Virus record (IMG/VR): IMGVR_UViG_3300020340_000001
Location: 1 to 61,976 of that record
Strand: one strand, 5' to 3'
DNA from: a virus
Taxonomy: Duplodnaviria; Caudoviricetes
Length of the DNA: 61,976 bases
Position 1 is the stretch's first letter. Each line of letters opens with the position of its first letter. This document shows positions 28,401-38,035 of this stretch, one piece after another. The notes beneath the pieces are model-generated. The model made no database searches. It was not told the origin of the DNA and worked only from the letters and a program-made list of their open reading frames with translations. Made by a program: the position numbers and the translations under genes.

Positions 28401-28450
28401 TCTGCTTCAGAAAAACCTGCTGCCAATGCTCCTTTTGTATCAAAAGCCAC
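22439..28450 (-). CDS. Giant internal virion / DNA ejection protein (2003 aa)
   Basis: Size, position at the end of the structural arm, Gly/Ala hydrophobic N-region, central HELAH (HExxH) motif. Confidence 0.7.
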   Translation of the reverse strand: MAFDTKGALAAGFSEADIVKYLSEKTGFDLAGAQAEGFEESAILDYVLNKVNRPSTPSFTSQPTQQTQFTSVDDIVGSVLQTYPSTGSGSGFLRQTADIPVQFLKGTTTGLKYITDAFGADNTLSRSLSGAEDFFDDLLSAQAKQDQQEISRIMQEAEDKGMKEQILAGLEAFATAPVDLISNAFGTSVPTLVAGLLAPGSAAALTGRALTAAQKARIGAGVATGVGTLTGLGITKDATYDAVFQELTNSGVSEAEAKSAAQEAQEYGGENIDNILLGGALGALAARFGLERAVFTTNIGKKLAGEVTEEGLDKLLKKGVIPTATRTALEEAIPEALQGGQEQFTRNIALQRQGFDVPSFRGVTGGATLEGIVGTPIGALAGVREASIYNQDTAALRNLLADDADTAVEEDTTEEIEIIDPNELTEEETFELYTAYEKAEDAEIDRVDRLEEEELAALDAGEEVTRKNYVRVGKYFVPQDMGNVGSLTEEDLTERIERVLEARNKMNALGRGMSRSIDLVNELEKIEAIQDADAKRKALQDKNLTGEQLLVELEAAKKNAASFNEFVMQLTGKEPLDASYKNAQKAALEAEQESYAEAERNIRRFNTDNAAKIQRLLDTKAEDLTRQERAVRRYFSKKGIPKDGREVALLSIAADVAEGDATVDEIKQSREQQPNIPSDELIDDAFNDFIGEKRQGRLAPTKQKDAVLARQWIEDNLQGTPATQLNEALDAFKTERKQSILGLARALRRSKKITETQANTGVLRAGIPKGEDFGTVRSAEVPPVDTGRTTDQQAEAEALQQMGLKQQPRSEARKKEFNRLKREAKTKIDEEFAEAQQGITSEDIAAQVKRQGITFPQDIPNEVREVAERGNLNQTIEQLLKDEPKEIQILLRNMRKMAANTKIRIAPLPESPRGGMFDEGANEIVLDPERGLNKKVFFHELAHAALSRRLDNPDSKEAEVFFKFFSQIQLQMSGFYGGKDLHEFVSEFMGNENFRALLKDLKAPRSDSFYKRVIDAILEFFGIRERQTAYDKGFEFIEEIVNLGAESEAPPIERVFFSNVTPDVVGEEAAKLPPLNKTKINKMTEAVSESRPLTRAIFKALRMDNFVELYGKYIPSLKFITDAVEKKQGYQENKIEESQEVYKGLVAFARRFQRQSEQLGDLANQIRLDEVDILDPNFITKYIDQVKKRSEDNKPPSQADIETKKEAIKKHKETLQRLDKQTNGLASKVYKKLRTEYDGMFKEYKKFVLGTIKNEDLRDKVRQDFIANEPVAGYVPFRRFGEFILQYMDADGNYTVEAFESYSDRRRAIQRLGLKKSVEEGSELTKENPLNQYIITNSVQNTSFKPIAGTEHFLAKVYQNMDKNLTDELRAQNKTQEEIKEAIKGLDTQKQAMYETYLDMFPENSLVKGFRKARNVPGMSNDLARAYGETSVRFARKMANTVYNGELLNAFDRVRAETANYERRYGDKANVPDPLTIQALGNEIDSRQNFTVNPQYSTPIRLASTGSFTLFLAGNISSALINLTSIPLLGQPLLNRDFGGREVAALSKAMGLAINNKWQTSKDYKALYKKLMDHAQLRHTMNREIQEGTQQSTEEFNTLTMKVMNILSIPFSATEKYNRATIGIAAYNLAKQNPDRLPEQYRGEEGALEYALKVVKDVNTSGMAATGPRLMQGDFAGGLGRATFTFKSFIWQSAYVTARAFYQSVKGETPAVKLAAFRQLMFIYGMSFGVAGVFGMPFFGAAATMANMIMAMENALDDEEEEPFNLRRAVMDMYPEWVTKGPTNYLSNIEFSNRASVANGLLFREDPYEIEKFGYVGAAMMQAFGPLGNFARNVPYGFDLMARGEIARGVEQFSPSFLRNAFKTYRYMDEGVVSSDGLPIMEDLDGWLLAKQFLGFSPANLSSIYETRGLVKDYENKVMNRRQALLEARFNALTARDFTEVNRIDQRINQFASIYPRLINPRTLESSFKSRASALREYKYALRFDKNFLPYGQKYFDRLEPSL

Positions 28451-31175
28451 CTCTTAACTCCGCATCTAACTGTTGTGCTTTTACAGCCAGTGCCCTATTT
28501 AAAGCACTTTGATATTGGTCTTGGTTACGCGCTGGGTCTATACCTCGTTGCCTAAATGCCTCCTGTACTTCACTTACCACTTGGTTATAAGCTGGTGCGT
28601 TATTAAAGGGACTTAACTGCTCTCTTACTTCCTCACTTACATCAAGCCCAAACCCCGCAGAAAATTGTCGTTGGCGTTCTAAGTTAGTATTTATTGACGC
28701 AAGAAGATCGTATAGATTACCAGAACGTATAGCGTCGATTTGCTCCCGTTTAACTGCTAGTTCTTCCTGCGCTATTCTCATCTGAGCATCAGTAATATCA
28801 GCAGCTTGGATTAGTCTTTCTAGTGCAGTTATTTGCGTATCAAGTTTATTCTCAGCAGCGTCTAGTACTTCGCCTCCCAGTTGTAGTCCTTGGAATGGTG
28901 TATTACCTTTACCAAAAGCTCTTCCAAAATCGAGAGCTATACGCACTGGGTCTTCTTCTCTGTCTATAATACGTTTTACTTGGTCTCTTAAACCTGCACC
29001 ACTACCCTCTCCGCTTAACTCAAGTGCGCCAAGAGCATTGACAGCACTTTCTGTTCCAGTTCCTGTTCCTGTTCCTGTCCCTGTAGATACATCACTGTCA
29101 AAAGCAGCAAGACCTGCTTGTACCTGTTCAGCCGTTTCCGTTCCCTTCTTCACTGACGGCGCAACGTCCCCAACTTGAATACCTTCTTCTTCTATTGAAG
29201 GTGCTTCAAGATTTACCTGTCCAGTAGGAGTCCCACCTTCTGCAATTATATTTTTAGCTGCTTCCGTTTCGTCTTGCGCTTGTTCCCTACGGCCAAGACC
29301 TAAGAACCCTCTTGCCGTTGGTTCCACACTTTCTGCGATTCCTCCAAGAGTAGCAGTACCTAACCTTTCGTTTTCAGGGTTGGGGTACAATATAGTATTT
29401 AAATAACTAGGTACAAAAGTAAGCATTTCTCTACCAACAGCACCTCTTTCATACTCGTCTAAGTCTAGCAGACCACGCCCCTCTCTAAAGGCTTGCATTC
29501 TAGTTGGCATAGTTCTGTCTAATAGTTCCTCTGCTGAATATCCACCCATAAACAAGTCTTGAGCTAAATCTTTTGCCGCACCAGCTACAGAGTCTCTTAG
29601 GTCAGCACCCGGCAACCTTACTGGTAACCTTAAATTATCATCTGTTTGAGCTGGTAGAGTTTGTTCACGATCCGCAGATGCCAGTTCTTCTGGAGAGGCT
29701 TCATATAAATAAGCTGGTATTTCAGGGAAATCAGTTGTGGTCACTTTATCAGCTCTAGCTTGTGGAGTGCCTCTTGATCCCGGTGCATCCCCCATATCTG
29801 CCATTAGAGTAGAACCCGGTTCTCGTTTAATATTATCAAGGAGTCCTAATACTCCTCCTCTTAAAACTTGTTCTAAATTACCCATTTGTTCTACAGGAGG
29901 TCTACCAGTAGATACCGCTTCACGCTCTACAACTTCTGCAATTTCAGGTCTAGCTTGTGGAGTACCTCTTGATCCCGGTGCATCTCCCATATCTGCTAAT
30001 TCAGCACGGGCATCCCCTGCTGCTTTCTGTTCTTCAAACTCTCTTGTTAGATTCTCAATAGCACTGGAGGATAAATCACTTATGTTTTCTATACCCTTAC
30101 TAAGCAAAAAATCAGTGAAGTCATATATCGCTGGTCCAAATATACCCACTTGAGGAATAACAGAACCGCCGTTATCAAAACCAACAATGCCGCCCTGTGC
30201 TTTATCCACTACACCACGACCCATAAGAATATCTTTTTGCGTAACTTTTCCATCTCCACTTAGGTCTGGAAAGCCACCTTCCTTGAGTGCAACGATACCG
30301 CCGTCTGCCATTTTAGAACCTCTTTGGGGTCTTCTAATGGCGTTTAATGGGGTAGGGATAGGAGCCATAGGAGACAAACCCATTCCCGCCTCTTCACTAA
30401 TATCTAAGGGACCACTTTGAGCTTGGTTTATATCCTCTAACATGTCAGAAAAGTCTGATATAAAGAGAGCTTCTTTATTATTAAAAGCATCTCTATACTC
30501 AGGCGCTACAGACTTACTTTCTTCTTTTAATTCTTTTTGTCTGTCAAAAAATTCCATTACCCTTTTACTACCATACTTTTGCATAAGCATAGGTATAGGT
30601 TGATTACTACCTACTGGCATAGCAGCATCTGGTCCATACTTTTCTACAGCAGCTCGTTTCTTTCTCCTGTTCATAAAGTCTTCGTTTAGCCCACCACCAA
30701 AGTCATACATTGGGCCTATCCCTAGTTTCCTGAGTATTGGACCATACATAAATTCATGCCGACTAAAATTATTGCCTTCAACTTTATCTCCTTCTTCAAA
30801 CCCAACAATCCCACCGTCAGCCATACGCATGTTGGGGGCAGGTTGACCGCCTAGACCTAGCATTTTTTGCATTTGCGCTTTTTGTATCTGGTTGTTCCGT
30901 AGTTGCATTCCGGGGGCAAGTGTCTGCACAAGCTGATTAATACCCTGTGTATTACTGTCTTTGATACTGGGCTTATCAGTCATTTTAACTGCTTCATCTC
31001 TATCCGCAGCGGCGACTAGCTCCATTGCTTCCATTGTTACCCTGTCATCAATTAGCTCTTTCAATGCACCTGCAATACCACTGCTTGCCAACCCTTCTGC
31101 CATTTGCACACGAGGATTCTGTCGAGCTTGTTGAAGCGCACGGGGATCAATTATACCTGCTTGTTGCATTACCAT
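28440..31175 (-). CDS. Internal virion protein (911 aa) with repeated (M/A)xxGGIV motifs
   Basis: Long ORF; MADGGIV x2, AQGGIV; duplicated ADMGDAPGSRGTPQAR. Confidence 0.7.
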   Translation of the reverse strand: MVMQQAGIIDPRALQQARQNPRVQMAEGLASSGIAGALKELIDDRVTMEAMELVAAADRDEAVKMTDKPSIKDSNTQGINQLVQTLAPGMQLRNNQIQKAQMQKMLGLGGQPAPNMRMADGGIVGFEEGDKVEGNNFSRHEFMYGPILRKLGIGPMYDFGGGLNEDFMNRRKKRAAVEKYGPDAAMPVGSNQPIPMLMQKYGSKRVMEFFDRQKELKEESKSVAPEYRDAFNNKEALFISDFSDMLEDINQAQSGPLDISEEAGMGLSPMAPIPTPLNAIRRPQRGSKMADGGIVALKEGGFPDLSGDGKVTQKDILMGRGVVDKAQGGIVGFDNGGSVIPQVGIFGPAIYDFTDFLLSKGIENISDLSSSAIENLTREFEEQKAAGDARAELADMGDAPGSRGTPQARPEIAEVVEREAVSTGRPPVEQMGNLEQVLRGGVLGLLDNIKREPGSTLMADMGDAPGSRGTPQARADKVTTTDFPEIPAYLYEASPEELASADREQTLPAQTDDNLRLPVRLPGADLRDSVAGAAKDLAQDLFMGGYSAEELLDRTMPTRMQAFREGRGLLDLDEYERGAVGREMLTFVPSYLNTILYPNPENERLGTATLGGIAESVEPTARGFLGLGRREQAQDETEAAKNIIAEGGTPTGQVNLEAPSIEEEGIQVGDVAPSVKKGTETAEQVQAGLAAFDSDVSTGTGTGTGTGTESAVNALGALELSGEGSGAGLRDQVKRIIDREEDPVRIALDFGRAFGKGNTPFQGLQLGGEVLDAAENKLDTQITALERLIQAADITDAQMRIAQEELAVKREQIDAIRSGNLYDLLASINTNLERQRQFSAGFGLDVSEEVREQLSPFNNAPAYNQVVSEVQEAFRQRGIDPARNQDQYQSALNRALAVKAQQLDAELRGGF

Positions 31176-31186
31176 TTTTTATCCTC

Positions 31187-32011
31187 TTAAGAAGGGAGAA
31201 AGTTTAACCTATCCAAAAGGTTTAATACTTCACTAGCTCCGCCAACAAATCTGTTCGTATCACTTGGTGCAGCATATTGATAAGACTGCGTTGAAATAGG
31301 TAGACCCTGCAATAGAGATTGCATGTACTGCGTTTGCTTGTAAGGAAAATCACGTTCTTGCTCAAACTGCGCTATATCAGCCATTATCCCTTGTTGGTCT
31401 ATTTGTCTTTGAGTATCACCACCAACTTGTTGAGCACGTAACGCTTGGAGTCCATAATCTCTATCCCTACCAAACATATTTTGTGCATCAGTGTAGGCTT
31501 GCTGGTAACCTTGTCCTGTTATACCTGCTAGTCTATCCAGAAGCCCTCTGCCTAATTCTGCTTCTGCAACAGCTTGTCTACCCCCTCCAAATGCACCTGC
31601 TCTGCTGTATTGAGATTGCAAGGCTTGTTGCGCCATTTCAGCGTCACGTATGGCTGCATCATATTGAGGTTGAAGCACGCTTTGTAGGTAAGGTGTCATG
31701 TACTGTTGTACTACATTGTCACTTGCAGGAGTAAAACTGGGTTGTGCTCCCTCAGTTAACTGAGTAGGAGTAAGAGGAGTGTACCCTGCACCTGAAAACG
31801 ACCCAGCGGCTGACGCTTGTGGCATTCCTAACGAGGCAAGTCCTTGAAATGCTTGACTTTGTAAGGAAGAAGGTCCGGCTGTTAACGGTCCTTGGTAGGC
31901 GGTATACGGCAAATTAGCTAGTGCCGCGCCCCTTCCCAACATCTCTGACACATAAGGGCCAGCGTAGGGAGATAATGAAGTTTCTAATCCTGTTGCTGTT
32001 GGTGTTGTCAT
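31187..32011 (-). CDS. Putative internal virion / DNA transfer protein
   Basis: Q/A/G-rich; YMTPYLQSV and GAFGGGRQAV motifs typical of podovirus ejection proteins. Confidence 0.65.
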   Translation of the reverse strand: MTTPTATGLETSLSPYAGPYVSEMLGRGAALANLPYTAYQGPLTAGPSSLQSQAFQGLASLGMPQASAAGSFSGAGYTPLTPTQLTEGAQPSFTPASDNVVQQYMTPYLQSVLQPQYDAAIRDAEMAQQALQSQYSRAGAFGGGRQAVAEAELGRGLLDRLAGITGQGYQQAYTDAQNMFGRDRDYGLQALRAQQVGGDTQRQIDQQGIMADIAQFEQERDFPYKQTQYMQSLLQGLPISTQSYQYAAPSDTNRFVGGASEVLNLLDRLNFLPS

Positions 32012-32020
32012 TTTAGTACC

Positions 32021-35000
32021 TCAAGCTGGCATCATTTTCATAGGGTCTATTTCCGTACCTTGCTTAGTTGTCCCTGTACGAGCATTACGCACCCTATCCA
32101 TCATTGACATTAATTGGTTCGCTCCTGCATCTGAGTTGCCATTACCTAAATGACTAACGACATCAGCAGGTATTACAAATTCCCCATCGCTTAACGCGGC
32201 GGGTTGTGTTCCATCTATACTAGCAGGTATAAGGTCGGCCATACCGTCTGTAGGTCCACCTAAATAATAGTTATTTAAAGAGCCACCTTGAGCATATTTA
32301 TTACTGTTAGTAATAAAATTATAAGCATCTGCTATCTCTTTCTCGGTATAGTCTTCATTTTGTGCTGCTAAAAGCGCAGGTGTAGTTTTATCTTGCAGTA
32401 ATAATTGCACAGCTAAATCTGTTGGGCTTTGTATTGTTGATACTTGTTTTGTAACTTCTTCTAGCGTCATGTCTCCGTTATTAACCAAATCAGCTACTAC
32501 ATCTACAACATCCACATTAAAATTTGTAGCTACGTCACCGATGGTAGCTTTTTTGTCTTTTATAAGATCAACTAAATCATTTCTTTCTGTATCTTGAATT
32601 CCATCGGTTGCATCTACTGAACTAAACGTATTCGCAACAGTTTCTCTATTCTGTGCTCCCGTAATAGCTGCTTGTAAATTGTCTGCGCTTAAAGTGGGGA
32701 ACTTACCTGCTAATTCGGTAGTAGAAAAATCACTGCCCGCTATTTCTAATAAATCAGCATCTGTTAAATTTTTATTTGCGAACTTTGATGCAAACTGAGT
32801 AAGTGCGTCAACAGCATTATCGTCAGTGGTAGCAGCAGCGTCATCAGTAGTTGCATTTAATGCTGCACTTAAATTTTGAGCGTTTGCTATGGCTTTAGCC
32901 AGAACATCTGGGTCTATGCCCAGAGCTGTGCCTATTTGATTAACGTTGTAAACTTCTTGACCACCTAGATTTAAAAGATCGTCGTTAGTAAGTGTTTTAC
33001 CGTAGAAAGGAGTTAAAAAAGTATTAAACTTTTGTAAGTCTGTAGGCTCAACTTGAGTTGTAACATCAGCACCAGTACCAGCAACAGCCGCACCAGCAAC
33101 AGGTGTAACAGCTCCAATCCCTGTATCGACAGCACCCGCACCACCAAACGCACCTTCTGTAGTATCTACATCAGATACAGGGGTATAGGTAAAACCCGGA
33201 GGTAAACCTGTAGTTGTCGTAGCAGTAGTATCAGTTTCTACAAGAGAGGGAAGCCCCACGCCTTGCATAGTGCCTGTCCCAGTAAAAAGCTCATCTCCGT
33301 AGTCAAAGTAAGACCTGCCCATGCTTCCGGGCCTACGCATAGTGCTAGTTTCTGTGGCGGCTAACGGGTTAATTCTATTACCTTGTGCATCTAATACATT
33401 GCTAAACGCATCGTCTTTTAGTGTTCTATTAAATCTGTAATCAGGGATACCGCCTTGGTAACCTACAGGACCACTTCCCCCGCTGTCGTCACTAAGCCCT
33501 AGTAAACCCCCTACCAAACCACCTGCAATAGTCTTTGCGTTCTGGTCAATAAAATCTCGGAAGCTGAATTTACCTCCGGTTTTCATTGTTCCACCGTCTT
33601 CTTCGGGTATTAAACTCTGAGGGGGATAAGCACTTACTTGAGTCCCAGTATTAAATCTTTTCACGTGTCCACCACCTTTCGCGTAAACTTTAAGGTCTTC
33701 CTCGTCTTCATCTTCTGTACTTAAAAAAGGTTGAGCTAAACTTCCTGCCATATCATATAGATAGTCTATATCGACTAGCGGGCCGGGACCACCAGAAATT
33801 GTCCCTGTCCCACCGCCACCTGCGGGCATCCCACTGCCACCACTAGCAGCTCCACCACCAGCAGTAGAAGTTTTTACAGGTTCACTAGTTTTAACAGGGG
33901 AAATAAGACCTACATCTGTCCCTGCGTTAGTACGTATGATGTCAGCTACTTCTAAGTCCTCGGAAGATAGGTCTCCCGTGTTCAATGCGATACTTCCCGT
34001 TTTTATTTTGTCTTTTTCGCTTAGATCACTACCAATATCAACACCCAACGCACCAGTTTTTACGGCATCGCCTTTTGATGTCATATCTCCTGCAATATCA
34101 ACAGCTTTAACAGTGTCTGCCGATGTTGCACCGCCCGCAGGTGGTGTTGTGGTTGTAGTTTTATCTTTATCATCTCCTGCATTTGCCGCTGCCAATACAC
34201 TGGCGGCTGAAGTTCCCACTCCACTAGCAGGATCAGCTTTATCATCAGTAAAGGATGCAGCTCCAGCCATTGTACCTAACGTACCTAGACCACCAAGCAA
34301 TCCCGGTAATCCACCTTCAAAAATGTAACGGGGGTCTGGTATGGAAAGGCCAACTTGTTGTCCTGTGCCGGGTTGAGTACCAAGTATTAACGGTGTAGTT
34401 GAGCCACTTTCCCCGTAGTTAATAGTTCCACCAAGACCACCCGTAAGAATAGAGATAGGGTTAAGTAAAGTTTGAGCAACTTCTGGGCCTTGTCCTAGCG
34501 TTATAATATCGGAAAACTTTTGACCTCCAGTGGCTATAAGGTCTATGAGTTCTTGACCCGCATCTTGGGTAAAATCACCAGCTTTATCTAAAAGATTCCC
34601 TTCTACAACTCGTGGGGATATTACTTCTCTGCCTTGATCTTTATTAAAACTTTCTATTTCATCTCTCGTAATCCCTAAAGTTTCAACTTCTTTACGAGCA
34701 TCAGTAACAGCCTGTTGTTTTTGTTCTGTAGTTAGTCCTGAAGCGCCTTTATCAAAAGCTCTGGCATCAGCTATAGCGTTACTTAAATTATTTAATGCTT
34801 TTTTAACTGCGCCTTTTCTAATATTGTATTGTTCTTTTTCAGTTGGAACAGTAGCTTGCCCCGGACTAACATACGAGCCACCACCCCCAGTCATACCACT
34901 AGACCCTGCACCTAAACCGCCTACAGTGAGCGACCCAAACCCTGCACCTTGAGCACCTAACCCTCCGCGTGGCGCAAAACTTGTACTCGTACCCGCAAAA

Positions 35001-35074
35001 TTAGACACAGGGATAAAATTCCCCGGACTAACTTGGATCATAGAGTTTGCGCCTAATTTTCGTGCAGTACCCAT
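32021..35074 (-). CDS. Large virion protein (1017 aa)
   Basis: G/T/D-rich; C-terminal GPTDGMADLIPA...LSDGEFVIPADVV motif. Confidence 0.7.
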   Translation of the reverse strand: MGTARKLGANSMIQVSPGNFIPVSNFAGTSTSFAPRGGLGAQGAGFGSLTVGGLGAGSSGMTGGGGSYVSPGQATVPTEKEQYNIRKGAVKKALNNLSNAIADARAFDKGASGLTTEQKQQAVTDARKEVETLGITRDEIESFNKDQGREVISPRVVEGNLLDKAGDFTQDAGQELIDLIATGGQKFSDIITLGQGPEVAQTLLNPISILTGGLGGTINYGESGSTTPLILGTQPGTGQQVGLSIPDPRYIFEGGLPGLLGGLGTLGTMAGAASFTDDKADPASGVGTSAASVLAAANAGDDKDKTTTTTPPAGGATSADTVKAVDIAGDMTSKGDAVKTGALGVDIGSDLSEKDKIKTGSIALNTGDLSSEDLEVADIIRTNAGTDVGLISPVKTSEPVKTSTAGGGAASGGSGMPAGGGGTGTISGGPGPLVDIDYLYDMAGSLAQPFLSTEDEDEEDLKVYAKGGGHVKRFNTGTQVSAYPPQSLIPEEDGGTMKTGGKFSFRDFIDQNAKTIAGGLVGGLLGLSDDSGGSGPVGYQGGIPDYRFNRTLKDDAFSNVLDAQGNRINPLAATETSTMRRPGSMGRSYFDYGDELFTGTGTMQGVGLPSLVETDTTATTTTGLPPGFTYTPVSDVDTTEGAFGGAGAVDTGIGAVTPVAGAAVAGTGADVTTQVEPTDLQKFNTFLTPFYGKTLTNDDLLNLGGQEVYNVNQIGTALGIDPDVLAKAIANAQNLSAALNATTDDAAATTDDNAVDALTQFASKFANKNLTDADLLEIAGSDFSTTELAGKFPTLSADNLQAAITGAQNRETVANTFSSVDATDGIQDTERNDLVDLIKDKKATIGDVATNFNVDVVDVVADLVNNGDMTLEEVTKQVSTIQSPTDLAVQLLLQDKTTPALLAAQNEDYTEKEIADAYNFITNSNKYAQGGSLNNYYLGGPTDGMADLIPASIDGTQPAALSDGEFVIPADVVSHLGNGNSDAGANQLMSMMDRVRNARTGTTKQGTEIDPMKMMPA

Positions 35075-35081
35075 ATCCTAC

Positions 35082-35720
35082 CTACGGTAAAGTTTCTGGA
35101 AGTGCTGAAATCAAAAATGCACTCACAATCGCTGATGGCACTACAGGTCTTGGGCTTGAAGCGGCCTGATGGTTAAGGCTTACGTCTGTATCACTAGTTG
35201 CCCACATAATCTCTATGTATTGCCCTGCTTGCACATCAATCGTAAAGTTATAGTTAATTGCATCTATACTACCTGACCCAGACAACACATGCTGTTTGGC
35301 AGTATTAGTAACATCTGTACCACTTCTTTTTACCCAAACGTCAACTGTTTTAGCAGCGGCTGAATTACTGGTTAACTGAGCCGACACTTCAAAGTTGTAA
35401 ACCCCTGAATAGGTTGGGGTTATTCGGGTATTAGACGCTACGCTCATGGCTTCGCCAAGATACGTGTTTTCAAACTGTATGGCGTATGCAGTACCCGTAG
35501 ACCCTGCATTTTGGTCAACTGTGGAGAAGAACTTACCATTTGGGGTGCTGATAAAACGACCCCCGTAATCTCCAGACAACAAGTTTACAGTATTTGTTAG
35601 GCCATTGAAAAACAAACGTAAAATGTTGTTTAAATCATCTAGGTAAGTGCTTAGAGAGGTTTCCCTTGGAGCAACGGGGAGAGCTGGGTTAGTAACCTGA
35701 TTTATAAGGTCGTTAGCCAC
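35082..35720 (-). CDS. Putative tail protein (C1q/TNF-like beta domain)
   Basis: SGVYNFEVSAQL...AGQYIEIMW. Confidence 0.55.
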   Translation of the reverse strand: MANDLINQVTNPALPVAPRETSLSTYLDDLNNILRLFFNGLTNTVNLLSGDYGGRFISTPNGKFFSTVDQNAGSTGTAYAIQFENTYLGEAMSVASNTRITPTYSGVYNFEVSAQLTSNSAAAKTVDVWVKRSGTDVTNTAKQHVLSGSGSIDAINYNFTIDVQAGQYIEIMWATSDTDVSLNHQAASSPRPVVPSAIVSAFLISALPETLP

Positions 35721-37609
35721 TAGCCCCTCCTGCCGTCAGGACGCATCTGTAAACGCGGTACGCCTAGCTTCCAAGTAACCCCAGCCGCTGTAGACTCTAG
35801 CTTGAACGACATTTGCCTACCTCGTACCCGCGTATCCACTATGCCAGTAAAAGCCTCTATCGGTGTTGTAGCTGTACGAGTAACAGCCGCACTGTCGCTA
35901 CCTCCTACTGAAGCAGGGCTATAATAACCAGACCCAGAATCCTGTAACGGCAGTAAACTAACCGTAGCACTGGGAGAACCTGCGGTAGAACCTTCAAAGG
36001 TCAAGTCAGGTAACATCTTGTTTATTAACATAAATCTGTCACCGTCATCCAAATCAAACTGAGAAGAAGTAATACTGGCTGTTATGGCTGCTGGAGTACC
36101 TGTTTCGTTATCATCCACGCCTTTCTCTTGATTAATTAATTTGCCATCAAACGTAGCAGCTATTGGGAAATCCCGTAAGTCAGAGTCTATCCATGCTGAA
36201 CGTGATAACGTGCCGTAATACCAGATGTTTTCCACATAGTTATACACAACATAACGGTCATTACGAGTCACCCCAGAGGAACAGTAAAACCACCATATTT
36301 CGTCAAACTCTTCGTTTGACCCACAAATAACCTGTTGGGCTTGGTCACTGTTAAAATCGTCAAATACGTAGCTACGTACCGAACAAGGTAGTGTTTTTAC
36401 TGTACCATCGTAATAGTAAAACTTGCTTGTACCCATCCAGTAGGCAATGTTGTTGGAGTAGACGGCTGCATTAGGACTAGCTATGGTGATGTTAGACCCC
36501 AATAACGTTGCACCCCATACTAAGGGAGCACCTAGATACTGTAAGCCGTACATAGCCGAGTCAGTCCACACCAATACTTCTTGACGTGCCTGTATAGCTT
36601 GTACTATTTCTGTGCCTTCAGAAAGACTAAGACTTCCTGCTTGATTAGTAGCGGTGGGGTTCCAATCAGTAATGTCTTCTTGGTCAGACCATCGTAAAAG
36701 CATAGGGTCTAAAGCTGAAGCACCTACGGCATTTACACCAAAGCAAAAAGCAAACCTAAATATGTCTGATACAAAAGCAATATTAGCTACGGTAGGTACT
36801 TGCGATGCGCCCCCTAAAGAACTTACTAACACTCCTCTTGTGGTAACGCCACTACTTGCATCCCAGTAGTACAGAGCACCGTTTCTATGTACAAAAAACA
36901 GGTCTTCTCCAAAATTTGATTGGCTCCAGAGACGCATTCCCGCAAGAGTAGTACCACCGTTGCCCCAAGTACTTTGCCCCCACTTACCTGCACCCCACCC
37001 CGTAAACGGAACTTCAATCTCGTTTCCTATATTAATCTGGTAAGTACCTACAGTGCTAGAACCTCCATTACCTGAGTCTCCCGCAGAAGCAGTAACTGTG
37101 CTACCAGAGGTATCTTTAGCTTCTACCGTGTAGGAATCCGTATTTACTATTGTCGCTATCTGATATTCTTGATTTAGAACAGCAGCCGTAATATTTCCGC
37201 CCAGAGAAGCAGCACCGCTAAAAGTAACAAAATCGTTAACAGTCGCTCCATGTGAAGTATCCGTAACAATAAGAGTTGCATCGCCGTTTACAGCTGCGAA
37301 AGTAACATCTCCCGCTGCTGTAGTAGCTCTAATAGGGGTAATGTCGTTATAAGCACCGCCTTTCTCAATATAGTATTTGAGGTTAGTACCTACAGAAACA
37401 AGATTCTGAAGACTCAAAGTAGCCCAGTTATGCAGGGAACGTGCTACTCCTAGATAAGTATTAGCAGACAGTCGCTCCCAACCACCTATCTTTTGAGGCA
37501 ATCCCCTTCTAAACCGCACCTTTTCAGTTTCGTACCAAGAACCTTCAGCCGCATAACGAGTGTTTTCTCGGTCTACTCCTGATTTAAACTGTATTTTCTT
37601 GTAAGGCAT
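35720..37609 (-). CDS. Tail tube / packaged-DNA stabilisation protein (P22 gp10-like)
   Basis: VRFRRGLPQKIGGW, RWSDQE, NQAGS, EIWWFY, DRYVVYNY, PDGRR C-terminus. Confidence 0.7.
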   Translation of the reverse strand: MPYKKIQFKSGVDRENTRYAAEGSWYETEKVRFRRGLPQKIGGWERLSANTYLGVARSLHNWATLSLQNLVSVGTNLKYYIEKGGAYNDITPIRATTAAGDVTFAAVNGDATLIVTDTSHGATVNDFVTFSGAASLGGNITAAVLNQEYQIATIVNTDSYTVEAKDTSGSTVTASAGDSGNGGSSTVGTYQINIGNEIEVPFTGWGAGKWGQSTWGNGGTTLAGMRLWSQSNFGEDLFFVHRNGALYYWDASSGVTTRGVLVSSLGGASQVPTVANIAFVSDIFRFAFCFGVNAVGASALDPMLLRWSDQEDITDWNPTATNQAGSLSLSEGTEIVQAIQARQEVLVWTDSAMYGLQYLGAPLVWGATLLGSNITIASPNAAVYSNNIAYWMGTSKFYYYDGTVKTLPCSVRSYVFDDFNSDQAQQVICGSNEEFDEIWWFYCSSGVTRNDRYVVYNYVENIWYYGTLSRSAWIDSDLRDFPIAATFDGKLINQEKGVDDNETGTPAAITASITSSQFDLDDGDRFMLINKMLPDLTFEGSTAGSPSATVSLLPLQDSGSGYYSPASVGGSDSAAVTRTATTPIEAFTGIVDTRVRGRQMSFKLESTAAGVTWKLGVPRLQMRPDGRRG

Positions 37610-38034
37610 TACTCTACATACTCGCCTGTTTTAATTAAGTCAGTAAGTTCTAACGCTCTACCACCTACTTGTTTAGCCCAACGTGAGTCTAGGAACTCGG
37701 TAGCAGCTACCTTATAGTCTCCTTCTTCCATAGCAGCCAGAGCACGTTTAAAACCTCTCAATCTTGTTGCTCCAAGATTAAAGCTAATATCAATCATTGC
37801 ATCTTTACGCACATCATCTAACGAGTTAAACCAAGCGTACTCTTCTGCTAACTCCTTGATAACACGTTCAATATCGTTCTCAAGCAAGTATTCTACTTCA
37901 TCTTCGGACAGCCCCATGCCGCCCCGTTGGTCGATATTCCTACCCACCCCAACAGTAATCTTTCCTTCAGAACACTCATAAGCATGAGTCTCCACGCCTT
38001 CATGGCGCTTTAACATTTCAATTAGCTTCTTCAT
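37609..38034 (-). CDS. Lysozyme (GH24, T4-like) endolysin
   Basis: HEG..AYEC..G..TVGVGRN, FNLG, LDSRWAKQVG.RA; probable start MKKLIEM. Confidence 0.9.
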   Translation of the reverse strand: MKKLIEMLKRHEGVETHAYECSEGKITVGVGRNIDQRGGMGLSEDEVEYLLENDIERVIKELAEEYAWFNSLDDVRKDAMIDISFNLGATRLRGFKRALAAMEEGDYKVAATEFLDSRWAKQVGGRALELTDLIKTGEYVE

Positions 38035-38035
38035 C

